A DNA stretch of 64,000 bases from an uncultured delta proteobacterium (lineage in GTDB: Bacteria > Myxococcota > UBA727 > VGSZ01), in contig CAVZJB010000011.1 of the NCBI GenBank assembly GCA_963775425.1, positions 640,001-704,000 of the forward strand. Reading direction: 5' to 3'. The notes under the pieces were generated by a model that searched no databases, was not told where the DNA came from, and saw only the letters and a program-made list of their open reading frames with translations. Position 1 is the first letter of the stretch, and the number at the start of each line of letters is the position of its first letter. A program made the position numbers and the translations under genes. Positions 20,556-30,686 of this stretch are shown here, piece after piece.

Positions 20556-22172
20556 TCAGTGCGGCAGCGGTTTACCGAACCTCTTTTGGTACTCGGCCTC
20601 GATCCTGGCCTGCTCCGCGTGCTTGCCCACCTGATGGTAGAGGGGCCACAGCGACGTGTACGCATCGGGGTTGTCGGGATCGAGCGCGATGGTCTTCTCC
20701 AGGTGCGGGATGGCCTTGCTCACGAGATCGTCTTGCGCATACGCGATGCCGAGGACGAGGTGGGCGACGCTGCCGCCGTCGAACTTCTTGACGGCCTCTT
20801 CGCACGATGCCTCGGCGTCGCGGTAGCGCTCCTTGTCGGTCTGCCAGTCGCAGCGCTCGACGAGCAAGCCGGGCACCTCGCCGTAGCGGCGCACGGCGCG
20901 GTCGATGGCGTCGCCCTTGTCGGCGCGCGGCGTGCGCGAGATGACGGAGAGCGCGTCGAGCACGCCGGCTTCGTCCTCGTACGACAGCAGGCCCTTGGGT
21001 ACGCCGCTGCGCATGCGCTCCACGGCGAGCGTGTGGCGACGCTCCTTGACGTCGGGGGCCGTGGACTTGTCGAGCGCCTCTTCGGCGAGCGCGAGCCGGC
21101 CGGTGCCCTGGGCGAGCGCGGCGAGCTCGTCGACGTCGGCGCCGGGCTGGCGCACGCGCTGCAGCCGCGCGCGGCCCTCGGCGAAGGCGCGCTTGGTGGC
21201 GGCGGCGTCCTTGATCCTGAGCGCCCAGCGGATGGCGGCGTTGGCCGAGTCGAGGTCGGTGCTCTTGGCGACGGCGCGGTCGCACAGCCTGCGGTCGAGG
21301 TCCGTGACCTTGGGGCTCGACATGATCCGGCACCCGACGGAGAGCGCCTGCATCGGCGCGTCCTTCTTCTCGGCGAGCGGCTTGAGCAACTTCCAGGCGC
21401 GGACGGTGTCGCCGGCGTTCATGGCGGCGACGGCGTCGTTGACGACGCGCGCCTGGTCCGGCGGCAGGACGAGGTCCGCGCGGGCCTTGCCGGCGAGCTC
21501 GTCGAGGGCGGCCTGCACGGCGTCGCCCCCGGCGGAGTCGAGCTTGGCGCGGCGGTGCTGGAGCTCGCGGGTGACCTGGGCGGCGGCGCTCGCGCGCGCG
21601 ACGTCGTTGCCGGCGTGCTTGAAGGCGATGCCGGGCTTGAGGAGCGCGAGCTGGTCCTCGGTGAAGCTCTTCTGGCCCTTGTCGTACGACGCCGACAGGA
21701 TGGAGCTCGCATCCGCGACGTGGACGCCGCCGAGGGCGTGCGCCACCTGATGCACGAGGACGACGGCCTCCTCGTGGGCGTCGGCGGCGGCCCGTACGAC
21801 GACCTCTTTTCCGAGCGGGTGCGCGTTGCCGAGCTGCTTGTAGTCGTCGGTCTTTCGCGGCGGCTCGCGGATGAAGGCGGCGACGATGTCCGCGTCCGGG
21901 AACTTCTCGCCGTGCTCGAGCTCGCTGAGCGCGGCGCGCACGTTCACGGACGCGGCCTTCGACGGCTTCCACGGCTTGACGTCGGCGATCTCGAGGCCGA
22001 CGCCGAGCTGCGACGAAAGGATCGACGAGGCCTCGCGGAAGACGGCCTTGAGCTCCTGCTTGTGTCCATAGCTGCCGTCGAGGAGCACCTGGACGCGCAA
22101 GGGCGTCGCCGGCGACGCGGGCGCGGCGCCGGCGGAGAGGGCGATCACGAGGGAGAAGGCGGGGGTGAGCAT
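20556..22172 (-). CDS. Secreted reprolysin/M12-like zincin domain (HQxxH variant) + TPR repeats
   Basis: Signal peptide; LVHQVAHALGGVH...SIL zincin-like motif; C-terminal TPRs (AHLVLGIAY..AIPHLEKTIALDPDNPDAY). Confidence 0.75.
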   Translation of the reverse strand: MLTPAFSLVIALSAGAAPASPATPLRVQVLLDGSYGHKQELKAVFREASSILSSQLGVGLEIADVKPWKPSKAASVNVRAALSELEHGEKFPDADIVAAFIREPPRKTDDYKQLGNAHPLGKEVVVRAAADAHEEAVVLVHQVAHALGGVHVADASSILSASYDKGQKSFTEDQLALLKPGIAFKHAGNDVARASAAAQVTRELQHRRAKLDSAGGDAVQAALDELAGKARADLVLPPDQARVVNDAVAAMNAGDTVRAWKLLKPLAEKKDAPMQALSVGCRIMSSPKVTDLDRRLCDRAVAKSTDLDSANAAIRWALRIKDAAATKRAFAEGRARLQRVRQPGADVDELAALAQGTGRLALAEEALDKSTAPDVKERRHTLAVERMRSGVPKGLLSYEDEAGVLDALSVISRTPRADKGDAIDRAVRRYGEVPGLLVERCDWQTDKERYRDAEASCEEAVKKFDGGSVAHLVLGIAYAQDDLVSKAIPHLEKTIALDPDNPDAYTSLWPLYHQVGKHAEQARIEAEYQKRFGKPLPH

Positions 22173-22174
22173 GG

Positions 22175-22570
22175 TCAGCGCTCCGAGCAGTTGACGGGGG
22201 CGGTGATGTCGTCGGCGGTGAGGAGCTGGCCGTCGGGGCCGGCGGAGATGAACGCGGTGGTGGGGTTTTCGGGGCCGGCGGGCATGAACGCGATGGGGTT
22301 GCCCCACGGATCATTCGGCGCCGGTTGCGCGACGTCCTCGACGCCGCCGGGGCAGTGCCCGTTTTGCATCTCGAACGCCGACGCCGCGTGGGCGAGGTCC
22401 CCGAGCTGCGCCTTGGCGGCCGCGCGCAGGTCGGGCCCGCCGGCGGCGGCGGCGCTCGCGTCGGCGGCGGTGACGGTGGTGGGCGCGCTCGCGCAGGACA
22501 GCGCGGCGGCGCCTGCGACGGCGACGGCCGCGGCGGCGAGGCGCGTGAGGGGGAGCGGGGGGAGGGTCAT
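22175..22570 (-). CDS. Lipoprotein with a GspG-like pseudopilin C-terminal domain
   Basis: AALSC lipobox; PNDPWGNP and FISAGPDGQLLTADDI motifs typical of T2SS-G domains. Confidence 0.7.
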   Translation of the reverse strand: MTLPPLPLTRLAAAAVAVAGAAALSCASAPTTVTAADASAAAAGGPDLRAAAKAQLGDLAHAASAFEMQNGHCPGGVEDVAQPAPNDPWGNPIAFMPAGPENPTTAFISAGPDGQLLTADDITAPVNCSER

Positions 22571-24123
22571 CCGTGATCTCCTTTGCTCTCGACGGTCACC
22601 CACGGGGCCACCAGCAGGAGCGCGCCGACGATGGCGTACCCCGCGGCGAAGGGCCAGGCGGGGGTGAAGATGGCGCCGGTGGTGTCGGCGAAGGTCCACG
22701 CGTAGCTGTGCATCAAGCCGAGCATCGACAGCGCCGCCGCCACGAAGCACCACGCAGCCGCCCAGCGAAAGCGCCGCTCGATGATGCCGACGGTGACGGC
22801 GGCGAGGATCATCGACGTGAAGATGAAGCCCTGCTCGAGGGAGAACGCGCCCTCGATCCACGTGTCCCCCTTGTGGAACGCGTCGACGAGCGCGGGGGCG
22901 AACGGGGTCTGCGAGCCCACGCCTGCCGCGCGCAGCCCGGCCTTGGCCATGAGCGCGCCCCACGCGGCGATGCCAGGCAACAGGCCGACGACGACGGCGG
23001 GCGCGTGCTCGCGCGGCGTGGACGCGAACGCCTGCGCCGTGATGACGATGCCGATCCACAACACGATGGCCATGCCTGCGTCGACGGGGACGGCCCACGT
23101 GATGAACGCGAGCGTGCCGGTGAGGCAGATGACGGTGACGAAGGCGCCGTTCAAGATGGAGTAGCCGGCGCGCGCGCCGAGCGACTTCCACCCCGGGTGA
23201 CCGATGTAGATGGTGGTCGGGAACGCCGAGCCGAACAGCGCCGCGAGGATGCTGCCGAGCCCGTTGACGGCGAGCGACGGCGCGGTGGGGTAGCGGTCGC
23301 CGGCGGCCTCGGCGCTCTCGATGTTCTGGAGCGAGCCGATGACGTTGAAGATTCCCATGGGCACGATGACGGCGAGGTACGGGAGGAGGTGCTTGAACGA
23401 GCGCGCGACGTCGACGATCACGGGGAGCGGAAAGTGCATCCCGGTCCACGCCGGCGCGGGCCCCGCCGGCGGCGCGATGCCGGTGGCCCAGCAGAGGGCG
23501 GCGCCGACGACGACGGCGACGGCGCCGCCGGGGATGCCGCCCTTGAAGCGCACGCGTCCGAAGTACGTGACGAGGACGATACCGAGCGTGGTGATCCCGA
23601 CGATGGGGTGCGCGAAGGTCCGGAACAGGAAGCCGATGGCGATGAAGGTGACGGCGATGCCCGCGAGCGTGGACAAGAGCGCGGCGCGGGGCGTGGCCTT
23701 GCGGATGCGCTCGGCGACGACGGAGCCGCACAGCTCGATGACGCCGCTGCCGAAGCACGCGCACAGGCCCGCATGCCACGCGGTGGTGACGGGATCGGGG
23801 TCGCCGGCGGCCTGCGCCGCGAGCTTGGCCGGGAGCATGACGAGGAAGACGTGGCCGAAGAGCGAGACGGTGTTGATGCCGTAGGGCAGGGCGCACACGT
23901 CGTCGCGCCCGGTGGCCCTGGCGAGGCGGTGCGCCTGCCAGGCGTAGAAGGCGTTTCCGACCAGGAGCGAGACGGCGGCGCCCGGGAGCACGCGGCCGTA
24001 GAGCAGCTCCGGGGGGAAGCCGAGGACGAACCGGCACAGCGTGTCGATGAGCAGGAGCTGCACCAGGTTGTCGAGGGCGAGGCCAAAGAAGCCGTCGATG
24101 TCGCCCCGCACGATCCACTTCAT
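22567..24123 (-). CDS. NCS2/AzgA-like nucleobase permease
   Basis: GDIDGFFGLALDN, ALPYGINTVS, NIESAEAAGD and FPTTIYIGHPGWK; many TM segments. Confidence 0.88.
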   Translation of the reverse strand: MKWIVRGDIDGFFGLALDNLVQLLLIDTLCRFVLGFPPELLYGRVLPGAAVSLLVGNAFYAWQAHRLARATGRDDVCALPYGINTVSLFGHVFLVMLPAKLAAQAAGDPDPVTTAWHAGLCACFGSGVIELCGSVVAERIRKATPRAALLSTLAGIAVTFIAIGFLFRTFAHPIVGITTLGIVLVTYFGRVRFKGGIPGGAVAVVVGAALCWATGIAPPAGPAPAWTGMHFPLPVIVDVARSFKHLLPYLAVIVPMGIFNVIGSLQNIESAEAAGDRYPTAPSLAVNGLGSILAALFGSAFPTTIYIGHPGWKSLGARAGYSILNGAFVTVICLTGTLAFITWAVPVDAGMAIVLWIGIVITAQAFASTPREHAPAVVVGLLPGIAAWGALMAKAGLRAAGVGSQTPFAPALVDAFHKGDTWIEGAFSLEQGFIFTSMILAAVTVGIIERRFRWAAAWCFVAAALSMLGLMHSYAWTFADTTGAIFTPAWPFAAGYAIVGALLLVAPWVTVESKGDHG

Positions 24124-24149
24124 GCGCGCTCGTTTATCACGCGCCGGCG

Positions 24150-25619
24150 CTACGCGGGCACCTCCGCGGCGAGGAGCCGCCGGACGCGATCGTCGTCGAC
24201 GCGCAGGTGGAGCACGGACTCGCGCGTGATGAAGACGAGGCCGGGGGCGGGGCCCTTCTTCAGATCCTTCACGCGCGCGTGCTGGACGTCGACGCGCGGC
24301 TCGCCGCGCGCGGCCGAGAAGTGCGCCGCGAGGTGGGCGGCGTCGAGCATGAGCTCGGGGTCGACGTCGCCGCCCGTGGAGGGGATGACGACGTGGGCGC
24401 CCCGTTGGTCGCGCGCGTGCAGCCAGAGGTCGTTGCCGCGCGCGCTCTTGACGAGGGCGTCGTTGTCGCGGGCGCCGCGGCCGACGCGGACGACGATGTC
24501 GCGCGCGCAGCGGAAGCAGCGCCAGGGCATGCGCTTGCCCGCCTTGGCGGCCCGCCTGCGCGCGGAGCCGCCGACGTCGGTGCGCGCGAGCAACGCGCGC
24601 GCTTCGTCGAGGACCGCCGCCGGGGCGTCGCGCTCGGCGACGCGCGCGCGGGCCTCTTCGAGGAGGGCGAGCCGGGCGCGCGCCTCCTCGAGCCGCGGCG
24701 TCGCGCGCGCGAGGCCCGCGCGGGCCTTCTTCGCCCGTTGAAAGAAGCGCTCGAGGTTCTGCTTGCCGTCGAGCGCCGGGTCGAGGTCGATGCGCGTGGG
24801 GTTGCCTTCCCAGTCCATGGTGTCGACGTGGTCGGTGCCGCGGCGCACGGTGCCGAGCAGCGGCTTCAACAGCTCGCCGTGCCGCTCGTGCGCCGCGGGG
24901 TCGCCGTGCTTGTCGACGTCGCCGGCGAGCGCGGCGACGAGCCGCTTCACGCGCTTGTGCTCCGCCTTGAGCCGCGCGCGCAGCTCCGCTGTGCCGGCGT
25001 CACCGGGGCGCGGGGGCGTGCCCCCCGCCCGGGGTCCATCGCGGCGCAGGGGCGCTCCCCCCCCGAGGGCGGCCTCCGGCTCCCCGTGGCTTGCTTCACC
25101 GTGGCGCCGGGGCTCGTCGCCGGCGGGGGCGACGTACAGCCGGCCGCGGCGCAGGTCGCGGCCGTCCCGCGGGCGGGCGTCGCCGAGGACGGCGAGGATG
25201 CGCCGGCCCTCGTCGACGACGGCGGTCAAGACGGCGCGCTCCCGCTCGACGAGGAGCACGCGCCGCTTTCCGTCCGCGCGGGCGAAGACCAGGGTGGCGA
25301 CGCCGGGGCCCGGGTGGGCAAGGCCCCCGCCCACGTCGGCGACGGCCTCGCCCGGCGGCTCGTCGTCGTCGACGGCCACCAGGGTCGACGGCGTCAGCTC
25401 CTTGCGGAACAGCCCCTGGACCGCCGGCGGCGGCGCCTCGTCGTCACGCCCCGGCCGGTCGACGTCGAGGCGGACCGCCCCGCCGTCGACGACGACGAAG
25501 CGCTTCTCGCCCGCGCCTGCGACGTGGACGTACACCTCGAAGACGGCGCGACCGGTACGTCCCACACTCACCTTCTGCAGCCGGGCGGGCAGGACAAGGC
25601 GAATGTCCGTTGCATTCAT
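24150..25619 (-). CDS. NFACT-family (RqcH/Rqc2-like) RNA-binding protein
   Basis: Coiled coil with IDLDPALDGKQNLERFFQRAKK; NFACT-R motif VGRGARDNDAL..WLHARDQRGAHVVI..AAHLAAHFS. Confidence 0.85.
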   Translation of the reverse strand: MNATDIRLVLPARLQKVSVGRTGRAVFEVYVHVAGAGEKRFVVVDGGAVRLDVDRPGRDDEAPPPAVQGLFRKELTPSTLVAVDDDEPPGEAVADVGGGLAHPGPGVATLVFARADGKRRVLLVERERAVLTAVVDEGRRILAVLGDARPRDGRDLRRGRLYVAPAGDEPRRHGEASHGEPEAALGGGAPLRRDGPRAGGTPPRPGDAGTAELRARLKAEHKRVKRLVAALAGDVDKHGDPAAHERHGELLKPLLGTVRRGTDHVDTMDWEGNPTRIDLDPALDGKQNLERFFQRAKKARAGLARATPRLEEARARLALLEEARARVAERDAPAAVLDEARALLARTDVGGSARRRAAKAGKRMPWRCFRCARDIVVRVGRGARDNDALVKSARGNDLWLHARDQRGAHVVIPSTGGDVDPELMLDAAHLAAHFSAARGEPRVDVQHARVKDLKKGPAPGLVFITRESVLHLRVDDDRVRRLLAAEVPA

Positions 25620-25649
25620 CGGCCCCATCGTAGAAGCCTCGGGGAAAAG

Positions 25650-26807
25650 ATGGACCTGCAGCTTCCGCTCTTCGACGACATCCACCGCACCCTCGCCGCA
25701 AAAGTCAAACGGCTCTGCGATGACAGGCTCGCGGCGCTCACCATGACCGAGCTCGAGGACCACGACAGCGCGGCGGTCGAGTACGTCGCGCTCCTCGGGC
25801 AAGAGGGGCTCTTCAATCCTGCGCTCGGCAAGGCGCTCGAGGGCGAGGCGCCCCGGCCCGAGCTGCGCTCCCTGTGCATCGTGCGCACGCTGCTCGGGCG
25901 CACCTCCGGGCTGTGCGACGGCGTCTATGGCGCCCAGGTCCAGGGCATGTACCCGCTCGCCCTCTGCGGCAACGAAGACCAGCGGGCCATCTTCCTGCCC
26001 GGCATGGCCGCCGGGCAGACGCTCGTCGGCCTCGCGCTCCTCGACGGCAGCAATCCCCTCGTCGCCACGACCAAGCCGGGGGGCTACGCCCTCAGCGGCA
26101 ACAAGACCCTCGTCCCCCTCGCGCCCATCGCGGACCAGTTCGTGGTCCTCGCGCGTCACCGCCAAAACGTGCCCAACGAGCCGCCGCGCTTTTCGATGTT
26201 CGTCGTCGACGGCGACCTCGTCACCGTGCAGGCCGAGGGCTTCGTGTCGCCGCTCCCCGTGGGCGCCGTCTCCTTCGACAACGTCGAGATCGAGGCCGAG
26301 CACCGCCTCGGCGGCGAGGGCCAGGGCCTCATGATCGCCCAGACCTCCCTCGACATGATGCGCCTCCCCGCCGCCGCCGGCTGCCTCGGCATCTCCCGGC
26401 AGGCGCTGCAGCGCGGCGTCGAGGCCCTCCTCAAGCGCGGCGTGGGCGGCAAGCCCCTGCGCGAGCAACAGGGCTCCCTGTGGACCCTCGGCGACGCCTG
26501 TACGCAGGTCGAGGCGGCGGAGGGCCTCGTCGCCAGCGCCGCGTTCCGGCGGGACACCACGACGTCACGTGAGTCCAAGGGCACCACCATGGCGCGCCAG
26601 CTCGCCCAGGACGCGGCCGAGTTCGCCTGCAGCGCCGTCGCGGACCTCATGGGGCTGCGCGGCTTGTCGGCGGGCGACCCCTGGACCCGCTACCTCGCCG
26701 AGGTGCGCGCGCTGCGCCTCGAGACCGAGTTCCTCGAGAACGCGCGCTCCACGGTGGCGATGAGCTTCATCAACGCCGTCGAGGCCGAGCTCAAAAAAGC
26801 GAACTGA
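25650..26807 (+). CDS. Acyl-CoA dehydrogenase-fold protein (degenerate active-site motifs)
   Basis: GNEDQRAIFLPGMAAG, YALSGNKT, FDNVEI..HRLGGEGQG. Confidence 0.82.
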   Translation: MDLQLPLFDDIHRTLAAKVKRLCDDRLAALTMTELEDHDSAAVEYVALLGQEGLFNPALGKALEGEAPRPELRSLCIVRTLLGRTSGLCDGVYGAQVQGMYPLALCGNEDQRAIFLPGMAAGQTLVGLALLDGSNPLVATTKPGGYALSGNKTLVPLAPIADQFVVLARHRQNVPNEPPRFSMFVVDGDLVTVQAEGFVSPLPVGAVSFDNVEIEAEHRLGGEGQGLMIAQTSLDMMRLPAAAGCLGISRQALQRGVEALLKRGVGGKPLREQQGSLWTLGDACTQVEAAEGLVASAAFRRDTTTSRESKGTTMARQLAQDAAEFACSAVADLMGLRGLSAGDPWTRYLAEVRALRLETEFLENARSTVAMSFINAVEAELKKAN

Positions 26808-26815
26808 GCGCGCGC

Positions 26816-27109
26816 TCAGTGCACAGGCGCTTTTGCGTCGCTGACGTCGACGACGCCCCAGCGCTCTTCGTAGCGTCGGACGTTGTCGGACAGCGCGTTG
26901 AGGAGCCGTTTGGCGTGCTTGGGCGACGAGATGATGCGGGCGCGCACGGTGGCGCGCGGCTCGAGCGGCTGCACGAAGATGAAGTCGAAGACGAACTCCG
27001 TCTCGGTGTGGTTGACGAGCGTCAGGTTCACATAGGCGCCGTTTTGCACCTCCGGGGGGAGCTGGATTTGGAGCTGCGGCTTCTCGGGCGGCTTGTTCGA
27101 GGTCGTCAT
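26816..27109 (-). CDS. DUF3467-family protein
   Basis: GAYVNLTLVNHTETEFVFDF..ARIISSPKHAKRLLNAL..NVRRYEERWG. Confidence 0.85.
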   Translation of the reverse strand: MTTSNKPPEKPQLQIQLPPEVQNGAYVNLTLVNHTETEFVFDFIFVQPLEPRATVRARIISSPKHAKRLLNALSDNVRRYEERWGVVDVSDAKAPVH

Positions 27110-27156
27110 GGGGCGCAGTTTGCAACGGAACCCCCGCGTTTGCGACTCTCACGACA

Positions 27157-29049
27157 ATGGCGAGGCAGCCCACCGCCCGGGCCGGCAAACGGCTCGGCCG
27201 CTACCGCATCGAGCGCGAGCTCGGGCGCGGCGGCATGGGCGTTGTGTACATCGCGGAGGACGTGAACACCGGGCGTCGCATCGCCCTCAAGACGACGGCC
27301 GTCGCGGGCCTCGGCGGGCGGGAGCAGAGCCGCAACCAGCGCCGCCAGCGCTTCGTGCGCGAGGTGCAGGCGCTCACGCAGGTCAACCACGACAACGTCG
27401 TCCACGTGATCGATGCCGGCGAGGCCGACGATCCCGATCTCGGGTGGCTGCTCTTCTATTCGATGGAGTACGTCGAGGGCGAGACGCTCGCGCAGCTCGT
27501 GCAGCGCAAGGGCGCGCTCGCGCCCGGCGCCGCCGCCGCCGTCTGCATGCAGGTCGCCGCCGGCCTCGGCGCGGCCCACGCCGCCGGCATCGTCCACCGG
27601 GATGTCAAGCCCGCCAACATCTTCATCTCCCTCGACGCGCGCGCGCTCATCGGCGACTTCGGCATCTGCAAGATCGAGGGGCAGACGCAGATCACCCGGC
27701 GCGACCAGCTCGTCGGAACGCCCAACTACCTCGCGCCCGAGCAGATCCTCGGCGATCCCGTCAGCCCCGCCACCGACGTGTTCGCCCTCGGCGCGCTGTT
27801 CTACGTCATCACCATGAACCGGCCGCTGCGCTCGCACGTCGACGCTGCGGCGCTGTTGGCGTCGGCGCAGTCCAACGAGCCGCGCGATCGCATGATGCAG
27901 GAGCGCAGCGTCCCCGACGGCATCCGCAAGGTCATCGCGCGCTGCCTCGAGCGCGATCCCAAGAAGCGCTGGAAGGGCGGGACCGAGCTCGCGGACGCGC
28001 TCTCCGACCTCGCCACCCGCATTCCCTCGCTGCGCGACGAGACGCTCCCCGACCCGCGCAAAGAGGCCACCAGCACGCAAGATCGCTCGAACCCGTTCGC
28101 GTCGGTGCCGTCCGCGCCGTCGGGCGACGTGCTCGAGGTTCCCAAGTTCGCCGACCCGAACGACGTCGAGGCCGCGGCCCGCGCGCTGCTCGGCGAAGTG
28201 GAGATGCGGGAGAGCGCGAACAAGAAGGTCGAGGAGGAGCAAAAGCCGCTGCCGGTGGCGCGCACCGAGTCCACGGTGATGTTCAACCTGCGCGCCATGG
28301 AGCAGGAGCAGCAGGAGAAGCAGAAGCCGCTGCCCGTGGCGCGCACCGAGTCCACCGCCATCTTCAAGATGCGCGGCGGCGACGACGACAACGGGCCGTC
28401 ACTGGTGCGCGACGAGACCACGTCTACGGCGTCGCGCCTCGAAAACACGTCCATGGGGGTGTCCGACGATCCCACGCCCGTCGGCGGGGAGACGTCGGCG
28501 GAGCTCGTGCAGCCGCGCGTGCGCAGCTTCGACGCCGAGGTGCGTCGGCCGCGCAAGCCCATCAAGCTCCCCAAGATCAACCTGCCCGCTCTGCCGCGGC
28601 CCGCGTGGGTCGGCATCTCCGGCGCCGGCGGCGCGCTCCTCGGCATCATCCTCGTCGCCGCGCTGGCGCCGCCGTCGTACTCGACGGAGCAGCCCGACAC
28701 GTCCGCGCCGGCGGAGGCGCCGGCGGCCTCCATCGCGAGCCGTCCGCGGCCCGAGCTGTGTCCCAAGGAGAAAGACGACGTCGCCGTGAGCGCCGAAGGC
28801 AAGCAGAAGGCCAAGGGCTTCATCGAGCAATCGCGCGCGGCGGGGCTGCTCGAGTCCAAGAAGGAGCTGTTGCTCGGCGAGGCCATCAAGGTGAACCCGC
28901 TCGACGCCGAGGCCTTCTTCGAGCTCAGCAAGGTCTACGCGTCCGAGGGCAAGTCCGGCCTGCGCGATCAGGCCTACGTCTGCGTCTGCGTCCTCGCCGA
29001 GTCGAGCGACGCCTGCCACAAGGCCTTGCGCTTCCTGAACAACAAGTGA
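27157..29049 (+). CDS. Hanks-type transmembrane Ser/Thr protein kinase
   Basis: LGRGGMGVVY, ALK, HRDVKPAN, DFG, GTPNYLAPEQ; single TM and a C-terminal TPR-like domain. Confidence 0.95.
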   Translation: MARQPTARAGKRLGRYRIERELGRGGMGVVYIAEDVNTGRRIALKTTAVAGLGGREQSRNQRRQRFVREVQALTQVNHDNVVHVIDAGEADDPDLGWLLFYSMEYVEGETLAQLVQRKGALAPGAAAAVCMQVAAGLGAAHAAGIVHRDVKPANIFISLDARALIGDFGICKIEGQTQITRRDQLVGTPNYLAPEQILGDPVSPATDVFALGALFYVITMNRPLRSHVDAAALLASAQSNEPRDRMMQERSVPDGIRKVIARCLERDPKKRWKGGTELADALSDLATRIPSLRDETLPDPRKEATSTQDRSNPFASVPSAPSGDVLEVPKFADPNDVEAAARALLGEVEMRESANKKVEEEQKPLPVARTESTVMFNLRAMEQEQQEKQKPLPVARTESTAIFKMRGGDDDNGPSLVRDETTSTASRLENTSMGVSDDPTPVGGETSAELVQPRVRSFDAEVRRPRKPIKLPKINLPALPRPAWVGISGAGGALLGIILVAALAPPSYSTEQPDTSAPAEAPAASIASRPRPELCPKEKDDVAVSAEGKQKAKGFIEQSRAAGLLESKKELLLGEAIKVNPLDAEAFFELSKVYASEGKSGLRDQAYVCVCVLAESSDACHKALRFLNNK

Positions 29050-29054
29050 TCCCG

Positions 29055-29072
29055 CGCGCCCCGTGGGGCGCG
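29055..29072. terminator. Hairpin between the convergent kinase and malQ genes
   Basis: CGCGCCCC-GT-GGGGCGCG inverted repeat in the short convergent gap. Confidence 0.4.
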
Positions 29073-29086
29073 GGCCTGGTCGATCC

Positions 29087-30686
29087 TCATCGCGCGAGGC
29101 GCGCCGCGAGCGCGCCGTCGAGGCCGCGGGCGCGCAAGGCGAGGGCGAGCGCACGCCCGAGGTGCGGCGCGCGGCCGGCGGCGACGGCGTCGTCGAAGGC
29201 GCGCGCGAAGTCGCGGGGCACGCGCAACGTCCAGTTGTCGGCGTGGACGACGCCGGGGCGGTTGTAGATCTCGGTGAGGCCGAACAGGTCCACCCAGAAG
29301 ACGGCGACGTTGTTCGCGGGCCCGGCGAACAGCTCGGCGAGCATGGCGTCGAAAAGCGGGGCGCCGCCGCCGGCGAGGCGCGCGCGCATCGCGTCGCGGT
29401 CGGCGGCGGACGCGCCGCGCGCGGCGAGGCGGAACGTGAGCCAGGCCGCGCGGCGCGCGCGCTCGGCGTCGTCCCAGCGCTCGACGACCAGGCGCAACGG
29501 GGGCGTGTCGTGGTTGCCGACGAGGATCCAGTCGGCGGGCTCGGCGTTGTCGCTGCGGTAGACGTCGTGCGGATCTTCGACCTTGGCCTTCTGCGTGACG
29601 CGAAAGCGGCCGAGGCCGAAGCGCTCGAGCACGGCGAGCAGCGGCCGCGGGCAGGTGCTCAGCACCTCGACCATCAAGCCCGCGCCGTCCACTCCGTGGG
29701 CGGCGGCGCGCGCGAGGATGACGTCGAGGATCGCGGCGTAGCGATCGATCTGCGCCTGGTCGAGCGCGCGCACCCAGCGGTCGTCGTAGCGCGGGCGCGC
29801 ACGATCGATCTGCGCCGGGGTCACGCGCGCGAACGCGGCCAGCGCCGGGTGGTCGGGCAGGTCGGGGGACTCGTACAGCCTCGCGCCGTGCTGAACGGCG
29901 AAGAGCGCGTCGTCGACGTCGGTGCGGTAGACCCAAGGGCAGACCCAGCCGTGTGGGTGATCGATGCGCACGCCGTCGTGCATGGCGAACAGCGCATCGA
30001 AGCGGCGCTCGACGAACGCGCGCGCGGCGCCGCCCTCGTCGAGCGCACGCGGGTCGAGCACGGGATAGCCCCAAGGCTGTCCGTCGGGGTTGGTGCGCGA
30101 AGGCGGCGCGCCCATGGCGTAGCCCGGCAGAAACAGCGCCGCGTCCTGGAGGCGCTCGGCGTACGACACGCCGATGTGCGCGTCCGCGTAGACGCGCAAG
30201 CCGTGCGCCCGCGCCCGCATGCGCGCGTGTTGCGACCGCAGCACCTGCTGCACGTCGCCGCCGCTCCGTTCGAGCGCGGCGGCGAGGGCGCGCGACGCGT
30301 CCCAGGCCCGCACGACGTCGACGCGTTCGACGCCGCCGGGGTCGCGCCCGTCGGCGTCGCGCGCGCGGGCGGTGGCGTCACCGGCCGCGTCGCCGCGCAC
30401 GCCGGGCGGGAGGGCGCCGGCGTCGAGGAACATCGGGTTCAGGCCGGACCACGTGGCGTCGTAGGGCGACGGATCGTCGCGCGCCGTGACGCCGCCGGGG
30501 CCGAGGGCGACCCCCGTGAAGCCGAGCCCGCGCGCGAACGAGAGGAACGCGGCGCCGGCGTCGGAGTAGGGCGTACCGCAGCCGATGTCGCCGTCGCCGG
30601 CGGGGAAGCTCGTCTGGTGGATCTGCAGGACGAGGCGATCGACGCCGAGCGAGGCGAGAGCCGCGCGCACGTCGTCGGCGAAGGCG

